Shown here: positions 58,681-64,000 of the stretch, piece after piece
Position numbering within the stretch: position 1 is the stretch's first letter
How the letters are laid out: each line of letters opens with the position of its first letter
Origin: an uncultured Bdellovibrionales bacterium
GTDB lineage: Bacteria > Patescibacteriota > Minisyncoccia > Moranbacterales > UBA1568
Assembly (NCBI GenBank): GCA_964580285.1
Contig: CAZOKB010000001.1
Coordinates: 9,366 to 73,365, forward strand
Length of the DNA: 64,000 nucleotides
Reading direction: 5' to 3'
Notes under the pieces: generated by a model
Told to the model about the DNA's origin: nothing
The model's input: the letters and a program-made list of their open reading frames with translations, nothing else
Database searches by the model: none
Translations under genes and position numbers: made by a program

Positions 58681-59004
58681 ATGGAAGCTATGGCCATGGA
58701 ATTAACCGAACTGAATTTTGAAGCAGAAGTGTTAAAGAGTGATAAGCCGGTATTGGTGGATTTTTGGGCGCCGTGGTGCGGACCGTGCCAAATGATGGGA
58801 CCAGTGATTGATGAGATCGCTGTCGAGACGTCCGTAGCTAAGGTGGGTAAGCTCAATGTGGATGAGCATCCAGCCATCGCTCAAAAGTACGGCATTATGT
58901 CTATTCCAGCGTTGAAGATTTTTAAGGGAGGGCAGGTGGCTAAGGAATTTGTCGGTGTACAACCAAAAGAGAAGTTGAAAACCGAATTAGAGGGTTTGGT
59001 CTAA
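58681..59004 (+). CDS. trxA: Thioredoxin
   Basis: WCGPC active site; start may be 58681, 58690 or 58696. Confidence 0.96.
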   Translation: MEAMAMELTELNFEAEVLKSDKPVLVDFWAPWCGPCQMMGPVIDEIAVETSVAKVGKLNVDEHPAIAQKYGIMSIPALKIFKGGQVAKEFVGVQPKEKLKTELEGLV

Positions 59005-59040
59005 AAAAAAGGGGCGGAGGAAAGCCATCATAAAATCAAT

Positions 59041-59481
59041 ATGAAAATTCATAGGGAGCGTATCGATCTTGAGAGCAAGACGCAGATTCAGTTTATGGAC
59101 ATCACACATCAGGTCCAGGAAATTGTGGATCGCTCGGGAGTGCGTGAGGGACAGGTGCTTATCTATGTCCCGCATACCACGATGGGAGTGGCTATTAACC
59201 ATAATGAATCCATGCTCCTGCAGGATTTTATGCGGGTGCTGTATAAGATTGTGCCAGTGGATGATCAGTATTCTCATGATTTATTTGAGCTGAAGCGAGA
59301 CAATACTTCAGATGGTCGGAGCAATGGTCATTCTCACTGCAAAGCCATCCTGCTTGGGAATAGCGAGGTTATTCCGATTGAAAAAGGACAAGTGTTATTA
59401 ACGGAACGACAAAATATTTTCGCCGTGGAGTTTGATGGTTCACGGAAGCGTGACGTCTATGTCCAGGTGATCGGCATGTAA
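59041..59481 (+). CDS. yjbQ: YjbQ (UPF0047) family protein
   Basis: PHTT, NGHSH, EFDG.R.R motifs. Confidence 0.88.
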   Translation: MKIHRERIDLESKTQIQFMDITHQVQEIVDRSGVREGQVLIYVPHTTMGVAINHNESMLLQDFMRVLYKIVPVDDQYSHDLFELKRDNTSDGRSNGHSHCKAILLGNSEVIPIEKGQVLLTERQNIFAVEFDGSRKRDVYVQVIGM

Positions 59482-59519
59482 CACGGTTTCGTTATGACCC
59501 AATCGTATAATCGGATAGT

Positions 59520-60143
59520 ATGACTCCTCTGGTTGAGACACTAAAACAAAATGGTTACTTGCGTTCTGATATTTTGGTAGATGCCTTTGAGGCGGTATCG
59601 CGAGCAGATTTTTTGCCTCCAGAATTTGAAGATGAGGCTGATGCGGATATTCCTCTGCCGATCGGACATGGCCAAATGGGTCCGCAGCCGAGTACAGTAG
59701 CGGTCATGTTAGAGCTGTTGGAGCCGAAACCGGGGCAACGCATCCTGGCTATTGGGAGTGGGTCTGGCTGGGTAGCGGGGCTCTTGGCGTATGTGGTAGG
59801 AGATGAGGGAAGGGTAGTGGCTTTTGAGGGGTTAAGCGAGCTGCACGAGAGCTGTCAACAAAATCTTGAGAAATTTGATTTCATTAAAAGTGGTCGGGTA
59901 GAGTGTGTGCTGGGAGAGGGTAGGGAGGGCTACCCGGAAGGAGCCCCTTTTGATCGCATTCTTGTGACGGCGTCGGCAGAAGAAATCCCACCATCCTTCC
60001 AGAGTCAATTAGGGCTTTCCGGGAAAATGGTATTACCGATTCGGAATCATCTTTGTTATTTCGAAAAACGCAGCGAAGAAGAATTGTACAAAGAAGAATT
60101 TCCGGGTTTTGTCTTTATCCCGTTGATTCTCAAATCTTTCTAG
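59520..60143 (+). CDS. pcm: Protein-L-isoaspartate O-methyltransferase
   Basis: R.DF.P, PLPIGHGQ, IGSGSGW, APFDRILVTA. Confidence 0.88.
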   Translation: MTPLVETLKQNGYLRSDILVDAFEAVSRADFLPPEFEDEADADIPLPIGHGQMGPQPSTVAVMLELLEPKPGQRILAIGSGSGWVAGLLAYVVGDEGRVVAFEGLSELHESCQQNLEKFDFIKSGRVECVLGEGREGYPEGAPFDRILVTASAEEIPPSFQSQLGLSGKMVLPIRNHLCYFEKRSEEELYKEEFPGFVFIPLILKSF

Positions 60144-60146
60144 TTT

Positions 60147-61151
60147 ATGAGAAAAATCCTACTAGCTCTTTTTTTTGTGTTGACGGTAGCGGCGGTAGGG
60201 GTGCTTGCCATGCTTGAAAATTGGTCGCATCAGTTTGGTCGGCAAACAGCCGAGCAGATTTTTCAGCTCAGGCGAGGAGAAAATGCGTTTGTAGTGGCAA
60301 CGCATCTGGAAGAACAGGATATAGTGCGAAACCGTTTTGGTTTTCTGTATGCTCTCGCGCGGCAGAAAAAATTGAACAGTCTGGTGGCTGGAGACTATCG
60401 TCTTTCGGGAAATCTTTCTGCTCAGGACATCGCGGTACGTCTTTCGATGGGACAGGTGATTTCTCCGGATATCCAAGTGACCTTTCCTGAGGGATTTACA
60501 GTAGCGCAGATCGCATCACGGCTGACGGACTCTGGATTACCTGGCGAAGCGGTTTTGAAGATCGCTTTGTCCCCTGATGAGGCCCTCAAGAAAGAGTTCC
60601 CGTTCCTTGCTGCGTTGCCACCACAAGCCACTCTCGAAGGGTTTCTTTTTCCGGATACCTATCGCTTTGATCGGCGGGCTGATGCAATGAGTATCGTGAA
60701 TACCTTTTTGGCAACCTTTGAAAAAAAGGCCTGGCCACTGCTTCGACAGCAAACAGGTATGCAGGTATACCGTACTGTGATTCTGGCCAGTATTGTTGAA
60801 ACCGAAGTGCAGAGTGATCGGGATCGGGCATTGGTAGCGGATTTATTTTTGCGTCGCCTCGCCCTCGATCATCCTTTGCAGAGTGATGCTACGGTGAAGT
60901 ATGTGCTTGGGAGCAGCAAAATACAGCATTCCTTTGAAGAAACCCGCACTGATTCGCCTTACAATACATATACGCACAAGGGGTTGCCCCCCGGACCGAT
61001 TGCGAATCCGGGCCTCTCTTCCCTGCGAGCTGTGTTGACTCCTGAAAAAAATTCCTCTTTTTATTTCTTGAGCGATCCCAAAACAGGGGAAACCATCTTT
61101 GCGACTACTTTTGAAGAGCATGTTCGCAATAAGGCAGCTCACGGGCTCTAG
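60147..61151 (+). CDS. mltG: Endolytic transglycosylase MltG
   Basis: TFPEG, LEGFLFPDTY, ASIVETE, LQSDAT, SPYNTY..GLPPGPI. Confidence 0.93.
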   Translation: MRKILLALFFVLTVAAVGVLAMLENWSHQFGRQTAEQIFQLRRGENAFVVATHLEEQDIVRNRFGFLYALARQKKLNSLVAGDYRLSGNLSAQDIAVRLSMGQVISPDIQVTFPEGFTVAQIASRLTDSGLPGEAVLKIALSPDEALKKEFPFLAALPPQATLEGFLFPDTYRFDRRADAMSIVNTFLATFEKKAWPLLRQQTGMQVYRTVILASIVETEVQSDRDRALVADLFLRRLALDHPLQSDATVKYVLGSSKIQHSFEETRTDSPYNTYTHKGLPPGPIANPGLSSLRAVLTPEKNSSFYFLSDPKTGETIFATTFEEHVRNKAAHGL

Positions 61152-61178
61152 TGCTTGTTTTTAATGATCATTTTTTGT

Positions 61179-62234
61179 ATGCACCCATTGACTGCACGTC
61201 AGAAACTCGTGGTTGCGCATGTGATACTCTCTGTAGTGGTATCCGTCGTGTTTTGGCTCTTTTTACATACCGCTATTGATCACCCGGGCGGGAGGGAAAT
61301 AGGGGTAGCGGTGCTAGCAGCCTCAGGGCTATTTGCTTGGATGCTGGTGGGGTTTTTGCTTTGGAAAGAACCCTTGGCTTTGTGGATTGGTTTACTGAGT
61401 ATAGTGATGCCGCTTTTTTTCTGGGGAAGGGATGGGCGTCTCGTTGTGGGTGTGGCCTTGGTGCTCTTTCTGTTATGGATAAGCGCGCGGAGCATACAAC
61501 ATGAACTGCAAGAGCGCTTGATCTTTTCTTCTGCCCGAGCCTTTGTTGTAGCTAAGCAGTCGAGTGTTTTGGGATTTTCTCTGCTTCTTTCTTTGGGGTA
61601 TTTCGTTTCAATCCAAATGCTTTCGTGGGATGACTTGACCCCGCGCTTTCGTTTAGGGGCAGGGACTATTGAACAGATACTGACATGGGTGAGTCGGCTT
61701 GACCCTGCCCTCGCTTCTTTAGGGAAAAACCACCAGACAGTTGATGAGTATCTGCGTTCTTTTGGAGCGGCGTCTTCTCTCGAAACAGGGAATGAAACCC
61801 AGCAGTTCGAAGCATTGAATGATCAAATTGGTCGGTTGCAAGCACAGGGTATCACCGTTGCCTTCTCAGGGGATGCCTTAGCATCAGTACGGAACGCCGC
61901 TGAAAGCAATGCGCTTACTTCAGGACGGAGACAGTTAGGGGAGCTCGCCGGAAGAACAGTAGAGGGGAATGAATCGGTTTCCGCATTGTTCTCTGAGGTG
62001 GTGCAAAAAAAACTCTTTACCATTGTTGAGGGGAGCCGATTGCGGGAACGCATTCCTGATCGGGTACTTCCGGCCTTCATCGCATTGCTTTTTTTCTTAA
62101 CCATTTGGCCAGTAGGACTGATGCTCTTTTCTGTGTGGAGTCGTATGGCGACGGTAGTGATAGCTCTGTTTCGGAAGGTACGTTGGATAGAAATCGGGAA
62201 ACACCCCGTAGTGCAGGAGCGTTTGGAGGAATAA
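61179..62234 (+). CDS. Multi-pass membrane hypothetical protein
   Basis: About six TM helices plus a soluble loop. Confidence 0.75.
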   Translation: MHPLTARQKLVVAHVILSVVVSVVFWLFLHTAIDHPGGREIGVAVLAASGLFAWMLVGFLLWKEPLALWIGLLSIVMPLFFWGRDGRLVVGVALVLFLLWISARSIQHELQERLIFSSARAFVVAKQSSVLGFSLLLSLGYFVSIQMLSWDDLTPRFRLGAGTIEQILTWVSRLDPALASLGKNHQTVDEYLRSFGAASSLETGNETQQFEALNDQIGRLQAQGITVAFSGDALASVRNAAESNALTSGRRQLGELAGRTVEGNESVSALFSEVVQKKLFTIVEGSRLRERIPDRVLPAFIALLFFLTIWPVGLMLFSVWSRMATVVIALFRKVRWIEIGKHPVVQERLEE

Positions 62235-62325
62235 TGCTGTTCATGTTTAGCACTCAGTATAAGAGATTGCTAATTTTTTGTTTTTCCGGTATCCTGAGAG
62301 CTACAGTGAATTGAAAATGAGATGT

Positions 62326-63414
62326 ATGGCAAAAAATTACTATGACCTTTTAGGGGTATCCAAAGGAGCTTCTCAGGACGAAATTAAAAAAGCGTTCCGG
62401 AAGCTGGCACACCAGCATCACCCAGATAAGTCAGGGGGGGATGAGGAAAAATTCAAAGAAATTAATGAAGCCTATAGCGTGCTTTCTGATCCAGAAAAGC
62501 GTGCCCAGTATGATCAGTTTGGGCGGACAGCGAACGGTTCGGGGGGATTCTCCGCCCAGGGCGGACCAGCCTCGGGCTGGGACTTTAGTCAGTTCGGGGG
62601 TGCCAACGGAAACTTCCACTTTGACTTCGGGAACGGAGGAGGATTTGAAGATATCTTTTCGGATATTTTTGGTGGGGCAAGACAAGGGGCACGAGCACGA
62701 GCGGGAGCAGATATCCAGGTCGATGTTGAAATTTTTTTTGAGGACATGGTGAAGGGTGTGCACAAGGAAGTGTCGCTCAGGAAGCTCGCAGCCTGCGAGC
62801 ATTGCCGGAGCACTGGAGGAGAGCCTGGATCGAAAGAGGAATCTTGCAAGGCCTGCGGTGGCCACGGGCAGGTCAAGAAACATGTGCGGAGCATATTTGG
62901 AGTGATGGAGCAGGCGGTGACATGTGATGTGTGTCATGGTAAGGGCAAGACCTACTCGCAGGCCTGCCATACGTGTCATGGTGCTGGACGGGTACAAAAA
63001 GAAGAAAAAGTGGGGATTGATATCCCAGCAGGTATTCAAGATGGACAAGGGCTTTCTCTACAGGGGCGAGGAGCCGCGGGTGAGCAGGGCGCGCCGGCGG
63101 GAGACCTCTTTGTGATGGTGCATGTGAAACCGCATGCCGAATGGATGCGGCGCGGTGATGATATTCACTCAACGAGAGATATTAGCTATGCGCAGGCAGC
63201 GCTGGGTGATAAGATCACGGTTACGACGGTCGATGGGCCAGTCACTATGAAGATTCCTGCCGGGACACAGCCAGGTGAAGTTTTCCGTATTCGCGGGAAA
63301 GGCGTGCCCCACCTTGGTCGCTATGGGCAAGGAGATCATCTCGTGACTATCAAGCTCGTTGTTCCCAAAAAGCTCTCTCGTGAAGAAAAAGAGCTGATTG
63401 AGAAGTTGAAATAG
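62326..63414 (+). CDS. dnaJ: Chaperone DnaJ
   Basis: HPD J-domain, G/F region, four CxxC zinc motifs, C-terminal domain. Confidence 0.97.
   Translation: MAKNYYDLLGVSKGASQDEIKKAFRKLAHQHHPDKSGGDEEKFKEINEAYSVLSDPEKRAQYDQFGRTANGSGGFSAQGGPASGWDFSQFGGANGNFHFDFGNGGGFEDIFSDIFGGARQGARARAGADIQVDVEIFFEDMVKGVHKEVSLRKLAACEHCRSTGGEPGSKEESCKACGGHGQVKKHVRSIFGVMEQAVTCDVCHGKGKTYSQACHTCHGAGRVQKEEKVGIDIPAGIQDGQGLSLQGRGAAGEQGAPAGDLFVMVHVKPHAEWMRRGDDIHSTRDISYAQAALGDKITVTTVDGPVTMKIPAGTQPGEVFRIRGKGVPHLGRYGQGDHLVTIKLVVPKKLSREEKELIEKLK
62551..62580 (+). repeat. In-frame tandem mini-hairpin inside dnaJ
   Basis: TCCGCC-CAG-GGCGGA followed by CCAGCC-TCG-GGCTGG, encoding SAQGGPASGW. Confidence 0.8.
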
Positions 63415-63469
63415 ATACCCTATCTCTCTTCAAAGGAAGGTTGAGCTTTTGAGTCTTGTTATATCAAAC

Positions 63470-63558
63470 AGGTTCGAACTTCTTCCATCGCTCGGAGCAC
63501 ATGAAAACAGGGCTTACTCAAGCCTTGTTTTTTGTTGCCCTAAATGGGATTCGAACTT
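63470..63558. other. Imperfect inverted repeat bounded by tRNA T-loop-like motifs, with a central terminator-like stem
   Basis: AGGTTCGAA..CCAT..AAAACAGGGCTT-ACTC-AAGCCTTGTTTT..ATGG..TTCGAACTT. Confidence 0.55.
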
Positions 63559-63628
63559 AAGTATGGACAAAGTTTGTTTTTCTGTTACATTAGAGTGTCT
63601 ACAAATCGTGGACTCACTGGAGAGCAAA

Positions 63629-64000
63629 ATGCACATTGAAACACTGCAAAAAGCCACCAAGTTAGTTGAAGCTGATGGTTGCGCTGGTCTTCACTCCACA
63701 GCTCGCTTGGTGGGTATGCCAACAGCGCTGGCGCTGCTTATCACTCATCTGCGGCGTGGGTACGGATCAATGAACGGTTGGCCTGCTGACCCTGAGATCG
63801 ATGCCAAGGTTGTTCGGGACTTGCTTGCAGAAGAACCCTTTGTCATGAGCTTCCTCTCTAAGCCGTGTGCGCTTTTCTACACGGGTGAGTGGTACTGCCT
63901 CGATAACTTCTCGGCTTTTACTGTCGAGTGGCGTGGCAAGCTCTGGCCGACAGCAGAACACGCCTATCAGGCGGCCAAGTTCGATGACGAAGAAATCGTT
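63629..64000 (+). CDS. NADAR (YbiA)-family protein with N-terminal extension (partial, runs off the window)
   Basis: ..CLDNFSAFTVEWRGKLWPTAEHAYQAAKF..; GGAG SD; not in the ORF track. Confidence 0.85.
   Translation, partial: MHIETLQKATKLVEADGCAGLHSTARLVGMPTALALLITHLRRGYGSMNGWPADPEIDAKVVRDLLAEEPFVMSFLSKPCALFYTGEWYCLDNFSAFTVEWRGKLWPTAEHAYQAAKFDDEEIV

Noticed and set aside
63470-63558. tRNA gene
   Set aside because: Only T-loop-like GTTCGAA motifs are present; no D-arm, anticodon arm or acceptor stem could be built.
1-64000. Alternative genetic code (TGA as Gly) or a prophage
   Set aside because: Complete genes such as glyA, rsmH and murF end at TGA at the expected length, and no phage structural, integrase or replication genes are present.

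Overview
64 kb of a bacterial chromosome, almost entirely + strand coded, with the standard genetic code (many genes end in TGA). Gene content and style suggest Patescibacteria/CPR, probably Parcubacteria (inference): truncated UvrC and MiaB, a reduced dcw cluster, a type IV pilus module without a secretin, and mostly SD-less starts. Main blocks: (i) a DNA-repair neighbourhood (exoX-like, uvrB, minimal MGMT, two different uvrA paralogs, short uvrC, and later xth and rarA); (ii) a type IV pilus operon (pilC, three pilin-like proteins, pilMNO); (iii) rlmN-miaB; (iv) mraZ-rsmH-ftsL-like-ftsI-murF; (v) dTDP-rhamnose/surface-glycan genes (rfbCBD, rfbA, galU, GT4, DUF4012-like, murJ); (vi) lepA, an ABC exporter, trxA, yjbQ, pcm, mltG, dnaJ and a partial NADAR gene. 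No tRNA, rRNA, CRISPR array, integrase or transposase was recognised. The most notable unexplained signals are: a 185-nt strand-biased hairpin between bcp and mraZ; a five-copy ~85-95 nt hairpin repeat family with a near-invariant core and covarying stems; a UvrA lacking its insertion domain next to a UvrB with a matching altered interface; self-contained orphan-gene cassettes; and an in-frame 30-nt double hairpin inside dnaJ. All calls come from reading the sequence and recognising motifs; no database searches or folding programs were run.
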